Source: the human T2T-CHM13v2.0 reference genome, Homo sapiens
DNA length: 64,000 nucleotides
Assembly: GCF_009914755.1 (NCBI RefSeq)
Contig: NC_060935.1
Reading direction: 5' to 3' (one strand)
The notes beneath the pieces were generated by a model, which was not told where the DNA came from, searched no databases, and saw only the letters and a list, made by a program, of their open reading frames with translations. Positions 42,493 to 64,000 of the stretch are shown piece by piece; positions within the stretch are counted from its first letter, which is position 1, and every line of letters starts with the position of its first letter. Position numbers and translations under genes: made by a program.

Positions 42493-43470
42493 AGAAAGGC
42501 CATTAAGAGAGCCTGCAGGCTGGAGGCCTGTGGACCTGGTTTCATATTCCAGTCCCATTGCTCCTTACTGAAAGACTCTGGACAAGCAAGTTATTTCCTC
42601 TGTGCCTCAATTTCCTCATTTGTAAAATGCGGGTATATATTACTTATCTCACAGAACTGCTGTGCGAATTAGATGAAATAACCATGTAAACCGTTTGGCA
42701 TGTAATGGTTCCAATGCAATAAATTCTGGCTCCCATCTCTCTTCCACTTGGCTGGAAAGACCCTCTGCCTCATTTTGCTGCCAACCTCCAGATTTAGTAT
42801 CTAGGCCAAGCCTGCTCTGGGCATCCCAGTCTGAGGCCATTTTCTTCTCAGAGGCTGAGGGTAGCAGGCACCCTCTTCCTAGAGCCTGCCCCTCCACCCT
42901 GCAGACTGGAAGGGGCACTTCTGAAAGACTTGGGGTGCCAGACTCACTTCACCAGGATCACCTTCCTCCCTAATCCATCTCCAAACACCCTGGGTTTTCC
43001 CACCTTCTGGAGGAAACTGCCCCCTCCCCATCCTTCCAGATCTTATTTCAAATTGTGTCCCTGATAGGAACAAAATTCAACAAGGGCCGGATTTGTGTTC
43101 ATCTCTGCCCGCCCCCCCCCCCTCCTAGAACAGGGCCAGCACATGTAGGCATTCAACACTTGTAGAACTCACGAACGCAAGCCACCTACTCCAGGAGGCC
43201 TTCCAGGTCCACCTCCGCATCTTTTCCTCCAGAGAATACTCAGGGAACTTTGTCCCAAATTCTAATCAGCATTCCGTGTTTCTCAGGACTCTAGTAATAC
43301 AGGCATCAAATTATGGGATGGGCTATGGGCTTATTCCAAGGCAAGGACTTCATCCTGGTCATCTGTGTTCATAACCCACCACCAGCAGTAGCAGAATGCC
43401 TGGCACCAAGATGCCAAGGACTTTTCCTGCACTGGAGATGCACCCAGTTGTTATCACAAGTTTCAGGCAG

Positions 43471-43489
43471 GAAAAGCGAAATTGAAACC
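43471..43489 (+). promoter_or_regulatory. ISRE / IRF element in UBE2L6 intron 1
   Basis: GAAAAGCGAAATTGAAACC, three IRF half-sites; fits the established interferon inducibility of UBE2L6. Confidence 0.8.
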
Positions 43490-43639
43490 AGTTTTGGGGG
43501 AGCCGGCTCATCTTCACCACGCGAACGGCTCAAGCAGAGGCCTCCAAACCCCCAAAACCCCAGCTCTGGCCACTCTTGCAGGCCAGTCCTCCTCTGAGTA
43601 GAGGGCGGGGAGGACAGGGATTCAGCCAGCCCTGGTGCC

Positions 43640-44550
43640 CAGACAAATAAATAAATGTGCTCGGAGAGCCGCGGAGGGGATGGAGGGAGGAGGGAATGCG
43701 GGAGGCGAGGGGAGCCAAGAGAAAGGGGTCATCCTATACGCGGTTACCTTCACCACTCGCATGCTCGCCATCATGTCGGGACCGAGTGTGTGGCACCCGT
43801 GGCCTCCAGCAGGACCGAGCTCCGACCCGCGACACAGCGCGCCCCGCCCCGCCCCGGGGACCCCACCCCCGGCAGCCCCGCCCACCCCTCCTCCAGCCGT
43901 CGCTGCGTGGGCCTCCCCGCACCCGCTCCGGCGAGGCCAGGAGGCCGTCGAAGGACGACCCGCCGGACAACCGCCCGATCCCCGCGCGGAAGGCTCGGAC
44001 CCGGGACTCACGGTCTTTGTGCGGAGACGGGGGCGGGCCTCGGGGCGCACGGCTTTGCTGATCCCTGCCTCCCGCGGGGTGCGCCGTGCACCGGCGGCGA
44101 GCGCTCAGGGGCGCTGGGGGGCGCTCATACGGGTTCCAGTCTTCGCTCCGCCGGCGGCCGCACCGGGAGCTCTCCGGTCTTTGTCAGCCCCCTGCACGCC
44201 GCCCCAAATACACACTCGCCCTGAATAAATAAGGGATGCTCGCTGTACAGACGCAGCTCCGTGACAGTTCTCAGCGGCCTCCACTATCGGACTGCCGCCT
44301 TGAGCCCCTGCCCCAGCAAGCTGCCGGAGCCGCCGAGCCTGCCGCCTTCCCTCCATGGGCCCAGCGCTCCATCTCCGAAACTGCGTGGGGGATGGCGTAG
44401 ACCTGTGCCCTCCGAGCACCGCTCCCCGGCAGTCGGGGATCCTTTGTGCTGCCCGGCGTTCGGCGCGGGCTGCAACGTTTCTCCCCGTGGCTTGGGGCAG
44501 AGCACCGCAAGGAGGCGCTGTTGGACCCTTTCTCTTTTGCTTTGGGGGTT
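43640..44550. promoter_or_regulatory. CpG-island promoter of UBE2L6
   Basis: Very GC- and CpG-rich, with multiple GC boxes (GGGGCGGGG on minus, 43841-43890). Confidence 0.9.
43748..43774 (-). CDS. UBE2L6: UBE2L6 exon 1 coding part (ubiquitin/ISG15-conjugating enzyme E2 L6, UbcH8)
   Basis: ATG ATG GCG AGC ATG CGA GTG GTG AAG|GTAACC = MMASMRVVK, inside the CpG island. Confidence 0.97.
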
Positions 44551-45626
44551 CGGTCTACCATCATTCAGTCCTTTACTAGGTTTAGTATTTACTAAGTGCC
44601 TACTGTATGCTGGTTTGGGAAACAGTTGGTGGGGGAAGCCCCAAGAAGGACTCAGGAGCCTCCTTTCCAAGAGAGAGTCTGCTTCCCCTCCCTTACTTTA
44701 CTACTGGTCCATTACAAGCTGTGGGCCTAATGTGTGCCCCCATGCACAGCTGGAGTCCCCAACCCTCTGTGCAAGGACAGAGTACTTGCAGCCCCTGAGC
44801 ACCAAGCAGCATCTGGGGAAGATGAGACTTGTTGGGAGGGCCGATCCCCTCCTTCTCACCCTTCCCTACCCCCGTTTAGTCCAGACGAGAAAGGAAATCA
44901 GTATATTTTGAGCACCAGTTTGTGATCTCAGTACCTCACAGTTTTTTTGTTTCTTGTTTTTCTGACAGAGTTTCACTGTCGCCCTGACTGGAGTTCAGTG
45001 GCGATATCGGCTCACTGCAACCTCCGCCTCCCGGTTCAAGCTGTTCTCGTGCCTCAGCCTCCTGAGTAGCTGAGATTTACAGGCGCGCGCCACCACGACC
45101 GGCTCATTTTTGTATTTTTAGTAGAGTCAGGGTCTCGAGCTCCTGGTTTCAAGTAATCCACCCGCCTCGGCCTCCCAAAGTGTTGGAATTACAGGCGTGA
45201 GCCACCGTAATGTTTTTATCCAAGTATTTTGAAACCAAATGACTTCTCTGCTCAGATTTTGCAGAACGATTAATTGTTTCATTCAATTCAATGAACTTTA
45301 ACAGCATTTTCTATATGCCCGAAATGAATAGGACACTCCGTAATCCCTTAACAGGGGTAGAGATGAGGGAACAAAGACATTCGAACCTGCCTGTGATCAA
45401 TAGTCTCAGTCAACAAGCGCCTACTACTGAGTGGCAGGCATTGCCAATAGGAAACACCAGGATGAGAAAGGGGAGTCCCTGCTCCTGAGGAGTTAGTTCC
45501 CAGACTACTGGGACAGAGGGAGAGAATGCAGCCCCTGATTTTTAATGATAATGCTATAGAGAATCACCTGGTACTCTGGGAGTATGAGGAGGGTCACTTT
45601 ATCCCTCTTCAGGGAGGGGCAGAGGT

Positions 45627-45675
45627 TTCCCGGAAGAGAGAAAAATCCAAGTGTATTGTGAAACATGATGAGTCA
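45627..45675. promoter_or_regulatory. GAS (STAT) site plus AP-1 site upstream of UBE2L6
   Basis: TTCCCGGAA 45627-45635 and TGAGTCA 45669-45675. Confidence 0.5.
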
Positions 45676-46050
45676 GCGAGAAGTAAGAGCGTGGGATGAA
45701 GATGTTCTAACAAGAGGGAACAGCATGAGCAAACGGGGCAGTGTCTATGGAAACTGGAGCAAAAGCCTCTGTCCACGTATCGTAGCTCTCCTTTTCTTTT
45801 CTTACAGGAACGCTGCATCCCGAGGTGAATTAACAGTCATGGATATAGCTGGGTCCTAAGTCCCCACACAGTGGGGCAGCCCACTGGTGTGCCTTTCATG
45901 TCCTTTCACAATGCAGACCTTTGTGTGTCAGAACAAGCCCCAGGGAGACCTGGGTTCTAGTTCCACATCTGCCCCCATGTGCAGTTATGGCCTTGGGTGG
46001 TCGGCGGAAACTCCTATCTGCTTGCCAGGACCATTGTGAGGCTAAGCTGA

Positions 46051-46254
<204 letters not shown>

Positions 46255-46257
46255 TCA

Positions 46258-46720
<463 letters not shown>

Positions 46721-47711
46721 TCAGGTTTGAATCCCAGCTCCACTATTTTTGGCTAAATAACCTTGGGCACATTACTTAACCTGTCTGTGCCTCCATTTCC
46801 TCATCTGTTAAATGGAGCTCATAACAGTGGATGTGAGAAACAATGAGTTGATATTTGCAAAGAACTTAACTTTGAATGGTGGACAATAAGTGACAGTTAT
46901 GATAATGATAACATAATAAATATTAAAATGATGTCAGGTGCCTGCCTCAGAGTGAATGTACCAGGCTGTAGGAACAGATGCCTGAGCTTGCTCCCTTAGA
47001 ACAACAGCAACACTATCTTCTCCAGTAGGAGACCCTGTTTTACTTCTCCCTGATCTGGTCACTGGCATTTATTCATCCATCTACAAAATTTATTGAGCAC
47101 CTACTTATACAAGGCCCTGTATGGGGTACTCGATGGGATTCAGGCATTGATTGGTTAGGCTGGCTCGTCTTCACCATTGAGAGGAAGAGACACACATCTG
47201 TGTGATGACAAAAGGTGGTAGGAGAAAGGCCTCTTAAGTGACGTGCACATATGAGGTATGTCTCTTCCAAGACTGAGCTCTGCCAGCTGTAAGGCTTGCC
47301 AGTCTCTTATGAGGATAAAATGAGATGGTGTATGTGAGCAGACACCTTGTAGGTGTGAAAGTACGTTATCTATTTATAATGCCTCTAGAGTTCTGGGCAA
47401 GAGGTTCAGATTTTTCAAATGTCTCCAAGAACCTTCAGTGCATCTTCAAAGGAAGAACTTGGATCAGGAAGGATCAGTTGATTTCTTTCCATGCCCATTC
47501 CTTGGGCTTGTTCCTATTTGGAGTAGGGACGGTTAATCTCAGAACTACCCCAGCTCTCCCCATCTTCCTAGAGCTTAAAGAAGTTCCTGGGCCAGGTGCG
47601 GTGGCTCGTGCCTATAATCCCAGCACTTTGGGAGGCCAAGGCAGGCAGATCATCTGAGGTGGGGAGTTCGAGACCAGCCTGACCAATATGGAGAAACCCC
47701 TGTCTCTACTA

Positions 47712-48047
<336 letters not shown>

Positions 48048-48248
48048 TCAAGGAGTCAGGGAGTCCCAGGAGGGGAGCTGGGGGTATTCTTGCCACAAGA
48101 GCAGGAAGGTGGCCTGATGAGTGAAGGACCTGCTTCCTCAGTGGGGCTCAACCACTCACTGACTTCCTTGTTGTGGGACTTTGGACATGAGAAGTAACAG
48201 TTAACAACAGATAACAACAATAACTAATGTATATTGGATGTGCAAGGA

Positions 48249-48655
48249 TGTATCAGCAGCTTGGGCTGCCATCACAAAATACCACAGGCCAAATGGCTTT
48301 AACAACAGGTTTTATTTTCTCACAGTTCTGGAGGCTGGAAGTCCAAGATTAAGATTCTAACTGATTTGATTTCTGATGAGGGCTCTCTTCCCAGCTTGTG
48401 GACGGCTGCCTTCTTGCTATGTCCTCACATGGCCTTTCCTCAGGTGCTTGTGCAGGCAATGTGGGTATTAGAGAAAGTGAGCTCTCCAGTGTCGCTTCTC
48501 ACATGGACATGAATTCTGTCCGATCGGGGCCCCACCCTGATGACTTCATTTAATCTTAATTACTCTTTAGAGGCCCCATGTCCAAATACAACCACACTGG
48601 AGGTTACAGCTTCAACATGTGAATTTTGAGGGACACAAACATTTATTCCATAACA
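48249..48655 (-). mobile_element. MLT1A-type MaLR solo LTR
   Basis: gggctgccatcacaaaataccacagg...tctcacagttctggaggctggaagtccaagat...ggacacaaacatttattccataaca. Confidence 0.9.
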
Positions 48656-49212
48656 TAGGTTTGTGCTAAGTGCTTGACATGCAGTATCATAATTGATCCA
48701 TTCAATAATGCTTGCTTAATTTTCTCTCTAACTTCCTAAAATAGGTTCTTTTATTGTTACCAGATTTTTTTTTTTTTTTTTTTGAAACAGAATCTTACTC
48801 TGTCACCCAGGCTGGAGTGCAGTGACATGATCACTACTCTCCACAGCCTCAACCTCACAGGCTTAAGCGATCCTTACAGCTCAGTCCCCCAAGTAGCTGG
48901 GACTACAGGCATGTCCCACCATGCCTGGCTAATTTTTGTATTTTTGTAGGCACAGAGTTTCACCGTGTTGCTCAGGCTGTTCTCAAACCCCTGGACTCAA
49001 TTGATCCTCCTGCCTTGGCCTCCCAAAGTGCTGGGATTACAGGCATGAGCCACTGTACCCAGCCTTGTCTCCATTTTATAGGTAAAGAAACTGAGGCTAG
49101 GTGACTACTGGCCCAAGGTCACACACTCTCTAAGATGGAACTTAAACCCAGAACTACTGACTTCCTGCTTATTAACTGCCACGTCTGTCTGGGCCTTAAG
49201 TTCTTCATGTTA

Positions 49213-49475
<263 letters not shown>

Positions 49476-49745
49476 TCACTCACGCTTGGGCAACAAGAAT
49501 GAAACTGCATCTCAAAAAAAAAAAAAAAAAAAAAAAAAACTGGTGAGAATCTCTGCCCTGTCTACTTCATGCGGGGTTTTACCTGGAAGACTTTGATTCC
49601 TGCAAAGTGAGATGTGCACATATAAGTTGTTTTCCTTAAGCAGAAAATATCCAATGATAGAAGTGTTCTAAAATGTGGCTGTCCCAGGACATTCAAATTA
49701 GCCCCCCTTAATCTCAGAACTGGAAGGGAGCTTTGAGATCATCTA

Positions 49746-50177
49746 CAGTTGATGCTTGAACAATGCAGGGGTTAGGGGCATTGACCCCCGTGCTCAGTTG
49801 AAAATCCACAGATAACTTTTCACTCCCCCAGAACTTAACTACTAATAGCCTACTGTTGAACAGAAGCCTTACTGAGAACAGAAAGTTGATTGACATATAT
49901 TTTGTATGTTATAGAGATTATATACTGTATTCTTAAAGTAAGCTGGAGAAAAGAAAATGTTATTAAGGAAATCACGGGGAAGATGAAATACATTTACTAT
50001 TCATTAAGTGGAAGTGGATCATCATGTTTTCCATGTTTGTTGTCTTCATGCTGAGAAGGCTCAGGAGGAGGCGGAAAAGGAAGGGTTGGTCTTGCAGTCT
50101 CAGGAGTGGCAGAGGCAGAAGGCAGTCTACCTGTAAGTGAACCTGCACAGTTTGAGCCCATGTTCAAGGGTCAACTT
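49746..50177 (+). mobile_element. Tigger2a (MER28)-type Tc1/mariner MITE
   Basis: TA followed by TIR CAGTTGATGCTTGAACA, and the inverted TGTTCAAGGGTCAACT about 430 bp away. Confidence 0.88.
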
Positions 50178-50640
50178 CAGTGTTATATAACCACTCCCCA
50201 CCACATCCCACCGGGTGGGATAAGAAAACAGGTGCCCAGATAGGGGAAATGCCTTGCCCCAGGTCGTGGATTAGAACTCAGGGGAGCTTAGTCCTGGTCT
50301 ACTTACTGCTCTACAGGTTCTTCCCAACAGGCTCAGCCTCAGTCTCGTCCATGAATTTTTCCAAATTGGGCCATTTGGTGGGAGCAGCGGGGTTCCACCT
50401 CACTGCTGGATTGCCATCAGGAACAGCTGGTATTCAAGAAGCATCCCCTTGTCCTGAACCAGGATATAGTGAGTTCCATGGTCACAGCTGCATGACTCTG
50501 GCCCATGCAATTTATAGCCTCCCTACCTTGGTTTTCCCATCCATTTTCCTACGATTAGCAAGTACAGGTGGCAAACTGGTGGCTCAGAAACAAGTTTGAT
50601 TTTGCAGGCTGTATGTGGCTTATACATGTTTTAAAATATG

Positions 50641-50998
50641 ATGTCATAGGGGAACAAAAGTACCTTTTTCACTACCCGTGATCGTTCTTATTTGAGGCAG
50701 ACCCCTGTAACAAAAGACAGATTAAGAGAAAAACAAGTTTATTAACATATACACCTTATGAATACATGGGAGATACTGAGGGAAATGAGTAAATCTCCAA
50801 GAGATGCCCTAAATACCTTTGCCTGCTGAAGCAAAGAAGAAAAGTGAGGTGGCCAGGAAAAACACCATAAACAAGGGTAAGATTTGTTATGCAGATTTAA
50901 GTCCCTGCTTTTTCTCTTCATGAGAGTTTCCAGTGATAGAAGCGTATTTTGGGATGACATATTCTGGTCATATTAGAGTAGCATATCCTTAACCCCAT
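50641..50998 (-). mobile_element. ERV1-class LTR fragment
   Basis: cccctgtaacaaaagacagatta...gtttattaacat...gatttgttatgcagattt resembles MER4-group LTRs; subfamily not assigned. Confidence 0.55.
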
Positions 50999-51028
50999 AA
51001 ATGCAACATTTTTAAAAATGAGAGAACT

Positions 51029-54935
<3,907 letters not shown>

Positions 54936-55343
54936 ATCATGAGGCTCTTGGCAATACAAGGCCAACATTCCCTCAGGGCAGAGCTTGGCTGGAGCTCAGC
55001 AGGGCTGCCCCTCTACACCAGGAATGCATACCCCTGTATGCCACAGTCTTCATCACCTCCTATTTTTCCTGGCCTGGCCAGCATCACCTGCTTTTTTTAG
55101 TCATTTGGTCTTGTAAGGTAACAGGTGTTCTGGAGTCTCTTTTCACTTGTTAACCTCCTACCTCTGATTCTTTCCTTTCGTTAGGATCAGGGTTTCTTAT
55201 GCTCCACAACATCTGTGGCCTTTGCAGGCATAGTTGTGCACCTGTCCTAGAAGGTGTGGCAGTGCCTGGTTGCTGCTCAAGTCTCTCTCAGGTACTTCAT
55301 GGCGGAGAATTATTGTCATCTACCACCCTTGAATGAGACAAAC

Positions 55344-55516
55344 TTTTTTTTGAGGTGGGGTCTCACTGTGTTGCCCAGGCTGGAGTGCAGCAGCTATTCA
55401 CAGGCACACAGGCATAACCAAAGCACCCTACAGCCTTGAACTCTTGGCCTCAAGCAATCCTCCTGCCTTAGCCTCCAGGGTAACTGGGACTACAAGTGTG
55501 GGCCACTGTGCCTGGC
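55344..55516 (-). mobile_element. FAM (free Alu monomer)
   Basis: Contains the 7SL-derived GCTATTCACAGGC segment, with a small cacaggca duplication. Confidence 0.8.
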
Positions 55517-55696
55517 TATAAACATCTTTTTTGACAGCCCTGTCTGGGTTGGAGGAGGCTCAATTACAGAGTTGGAGAGGATCTTAGAGACTTTCTAACA
55601 AAGTCAAGAAATATATTAATAAATGGGGGGAAAAAGGCTTTTCAGACACTGTAGATGGCATGGCACCATACCTGTGTGTTTAAAGACAACAGCATG

Positions 55697-60539
<4,843 letters not shown>

Positions 60540-61592
60540 TCACCCAGGTAGCCACGTCCTGATCAGAGGACACATCCCTGAGATAGAAAGCAGGGCCCCT
60601 GACTTCCCCATCCCCCCGGGCTTTTTGTTCTGTCTACTCTTCTATTTTAACCTAACGGAGAAGAGGCTGAAGAGAAAGTCCAGAGGCCTAGCGGGAGAGC
60701 TGGAATCCACCAATGGGTGCGCTTTCCGGGTCGGCTTTCCAGGTCAGCTATCTGGATGGCAAATTAGAATGGCAGTGGCAGATGAAAGTGTCCCCTGTGA
60801 AAATGCGGACACAGAAAGAGTCCTGTGAGTTAAGAGCTTTGCCACTAGTCTAAGCTGTTCTGTGGCCTGAAGCAGAACCCAGAAAGGCCCTACGAAGCTT
60901 CTGACTACATGAAAAGACCCAGCCAGGTTGGAATCCTAAATGAACACTAAACCGAGCAAGTAAACCTGGGATGAAGTTAAGCAATGACAGAATACAACCA
61001 GGGGCTGGAGAGAAAGCATCGGTCTGGTTCTGTGTGTTATGGTGGTTTTTAAAGCAATTTTTGCCAGAAGATCATTTTGTTGTTGCACGTAAATGTAGGC
61101 AACTCATGTGTTTACATTTTCTGTATCTATTTGATAAACTGGTGTGGAAAATGAAAATAACCCAAGACAAGAAGTCATAATGATCAGATGACTGAAGTAC
61201 ACTGGGGTGGGGGCCGTGGAGTCCAAAACATGCCTTCAAACTGAAGTGTTAATATTCTCCTGGCGCAGCTGTTTCTCTGGAATTTGGGGGAGGTCCTGCT
61301 CTCCCCACTCCATCCCCATCTCCATGCAACATCTTTGTGTCTCTTCTCTCTCTTTCTTTTTCTTATCAGTTACCTAGAGGAGGTAACAAGCACCACCAGT
61401 CTCCTGGCAGCAGCTGCTAGAAGAGGCTGTAGAAATGGGTAGTGTATAGGCGATAATAACTGCTAGAAGGCACAGTTGGACCATTTAATCTGTGTCCTTG
61501 ATAGCCAATATCAAAGGACCTTGCTTATTCAATCATTCAACAAATATCTATTGAGTTTCTGCTGTGTGCCAGGTGGTGGGCTGAAAGGAAGT

Positions 61593-61662
61593 TGCACAGA
61601 CCAGAAATGGAATCTGAGCCTCCCACAAGGCAGGCAAGAATTCTGACCCTGAACCACAATGG
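61593..61662 (-). pseudogene. Degenerate tRNA-Gly(GCC)-derived sequence
   Basis: Minus strand CCATTGTGGTTCAGGGTCAGAATTCTTGCCTGCCTTGTGGGAGGCTCAGATTCCATTTCTGGTCTGTGCA aligns end to end with human tRNA-Gly-GCC at about 75% by hand. GCC anticodon kept; B-box and stems decayed. Confidence 0.8.
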
Positions 61663-62097
61663 ACATCCCCATGAGTGCCCCACAGTAGCCCCCAGCCACA
61701 GCAGAAGTTAGCAGGTGGCACCAGTGTGCAAACAGTCTGCTTCTTTTAACACCCCACTCTTCCTGTTTTTTGGTATTCTTCTTCCTTTCACTTATTCAGA
61801 TGAAAGAGGGAGACATATCAGAAAGATGGAATTGTTAGGGGGCCAACAGATGGGCCTCTCAAGTGGCCTCTAACTAGGTGAAGAACTTTTTTGTGCTAGG
61901 TTGATTCTCAATTAATTCACCCATCCCCTCTCCCAGACATACATGTCATCATTACTAATCATTATGCACAATCACTTGAGCCTCTCGGAAGATTTCTTGT
62001 GGCCTTTGTCAGGGATCCCTGTGCTCCAACTTCTGTCTTCTGGCTTAGGCAAGGTGTATACATTCATTTAACAGACATTTATGAAATATCTTATAGA

Positions 62098-62436
<339 letters not shown>

Positions 62437-62680
62437 CTACATGGTAAGCACAGTACCATATGCCAAAGATACAATGGTAAATAAGACAGACAGGGTCCCT
62501 GCTCTTCTGTGGTTCACAGTCTGGTGAAGAAGACAATAATCTAGCAAACACAGAGCAATGAAATGATTGTCCCTCTTGTGGTAAATGTGATTTGGAAAAC
62601 CAAAGAGACATGATGGTGGAGAATAAGGAGAGTTGTCAGAAAGGTTTCCCTGCAGATAAACTTTTAAAGATCTCAACCTG

Positions 62681-63022
62681 TGGACGGGAAATGTGGGGTT
62701 GGAGCCCCCACACAGAGTCCCCACTGGCACAGTGGCTCATGCCTGTAATCCCAACACTTCTAGAGGCTGAGGCGGGTGTATTGCTTGAGCCCAGAAGTTT
62801 GAGAGCAGCCTGGGCAACATGGTGAAACCCTGTCTCTACAAAAAATTTAAAAAATTAGCCAGGCATGAGGGTACACACCTGTAGTCCCAGCTACTCAGGG
62901 GGCTGAGGCGGGAGGATTGCTTGAGCCTGGGAAGTGGAGGCTGCAGTGAGCCTAGGTGGTGCCACTGCACTCCAACCTGGGGGACAGAGGAGACCCTGTC
63001 TCAAAAAAAAAAAAAAAAAAAA
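62681..63022 (+). mobile_element. AluJ with a 5' MaLR-internal fragment
   Basis: See findings; TSD aaagatctcaacctg / aaaaatcccaacctg. Confidence 0.85.
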
Positions 63023-63102
63023 TCCCAACCTGAAGGATGAAGCAACTATGTAGAAAGTTGCTGAAAGAGCAGTCCTGGCACAGAGAACAACAGCAAAGGT
63101 AT

Positions 63103-64000
63103 TGATGTGGTTTGGCTCTGTGTCCCCACCCAAATCTCATGTTGAACTGTAATCCTCTATGTTGAGGGAGGGACCTGGTGGGAGGTAATTGGATCATGGA
63201 GGCAGATTTCCCCCTTGCTGGTCTCATGATAGTGAGTAAGTCCTCACAAGATCTGATAGTTTAAAAGTGTGTGGCACTTCCCCCTTGTCTAGCTTTCTCT
63301 CCTGCCACCATGTGAAAATAGGCTTGCCTCCCCTTTGCCCTTCTGCCATGAAGGGCTTTAGCTCAGGCCACTGCTTCAGAGGGTGCAAGTCCCAAGCCTT
63401 GGAAGCTTCCATGTTGTGCTGGGCCTGTGGATGCGCAGAAGGCAAGAGTTGAAGTTTGGGAACCTCCACTTAGATTTCAGAGGATGTATGGAAATGCCTG
63501 GTGTCCAGGCAGAAGTCTGCTGTAAGGGCACAGCCCTCCTGGAGACCCTCTACTAGGGCAGTGTGGAGGGGAAATGTGGAGTTGGAGCCTTACACAGAGT
63601 CCCCACTAGGGCACTGCCTAGTGGAGCTGTGAGAAGAGGGCCACTGTCCTCCAGACTCCAGAATGGTAGACCCGCCAACAGCTTGCACTGTGCACCTAGA
63701 AAAGCCACAGGTGCTCAACGTCAGCCTGTGAAAGCAGCCACAGGGGCTGTACCCTGCAGGGCCACAGGGGAGGAGCTGCCCAAGGCCTTGGGAGCCCACC
63801 CCTTGCACCAGCATGCCCTGGATGTGAGACATGTTGTCAAAGGAGATTATTTTGGAGCTTTAAGATTTAATAACTGCCTGCTGGATTTTGGATGTGCATG
63901 GGGCCTGTAGCCTCTTTGTTTTGGCCAATTTCTCTCATTTGGAATGGAAGCATTTACACAATGCCTGTACCCCCATTGTACCTTGGAAGTAACTAACTTG
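63103..64000 (+). mobile_element. MSTA-type MaLR: partial 5' LTR plus internal region, running off the window
   Basis: TGATGTGGTTTGGCTCTGTGTCCCCACCCAAATCTCATGTTGAA LTR start, then THE1/MST-int text (cactgcttcagagggtgcaag...gccttgggagcccacc). Confidence 0.92.

Noticed and set aside
43622-44911. Several 130-216 aa overlapping ORFs
   Set aside because: Stop-poor CpG-island sequence; only MMASMRVVK is supported by splicing.

Overview
Human (or very close primate) genomic DNA that I recognise as 11q12.1, just upstream of SERPING1, which lies outside the window. Three complete spliced protein-coding genes can be rebuilt from GT-AG junctions with consistent phase: TIMM10 (minus, 2 coding exons, 90 aa, twin CX3C), SMTNL1 (plus, 7 coding exons, 494 aa, C-terminal CH domain) and UBE2L6 (minus, 4 exons, 153 aa, ISG15 E2 with HPN motif and Cys86). 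There is also a disabled RPS4X processed pseudogene, a degenerate tRNA-Gly(GCC) relic and two CpG-island promoters. Repeats are very dense: more than 50 Alu/FLAM/FAM copies, L1, L2/MIR, MaLR LTRs and MER/Tigger DNA transposons. Most ORF-track entries are Alu or GC-rich artefacts. I found no convincing new biological system. The best second-look items are a TSD-bracketed MaLR-Alu chimeric insertion, a 3'-truncated L1 splitting a MER20, a MER102 spread over about 4.5 kb by nested insertions, and an interferon regulatory set around UBE2L6 (intronic ISRE, PU.1-IRF composite, L2-derived GAS plus AP-1). Also worth checking are muscle-type motifs at SMTNL1, a Gly345 SMTNL1 allele and an extended CTCF site. 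Repeat boundaries and subfamilies were assigned by eye and are approximate.
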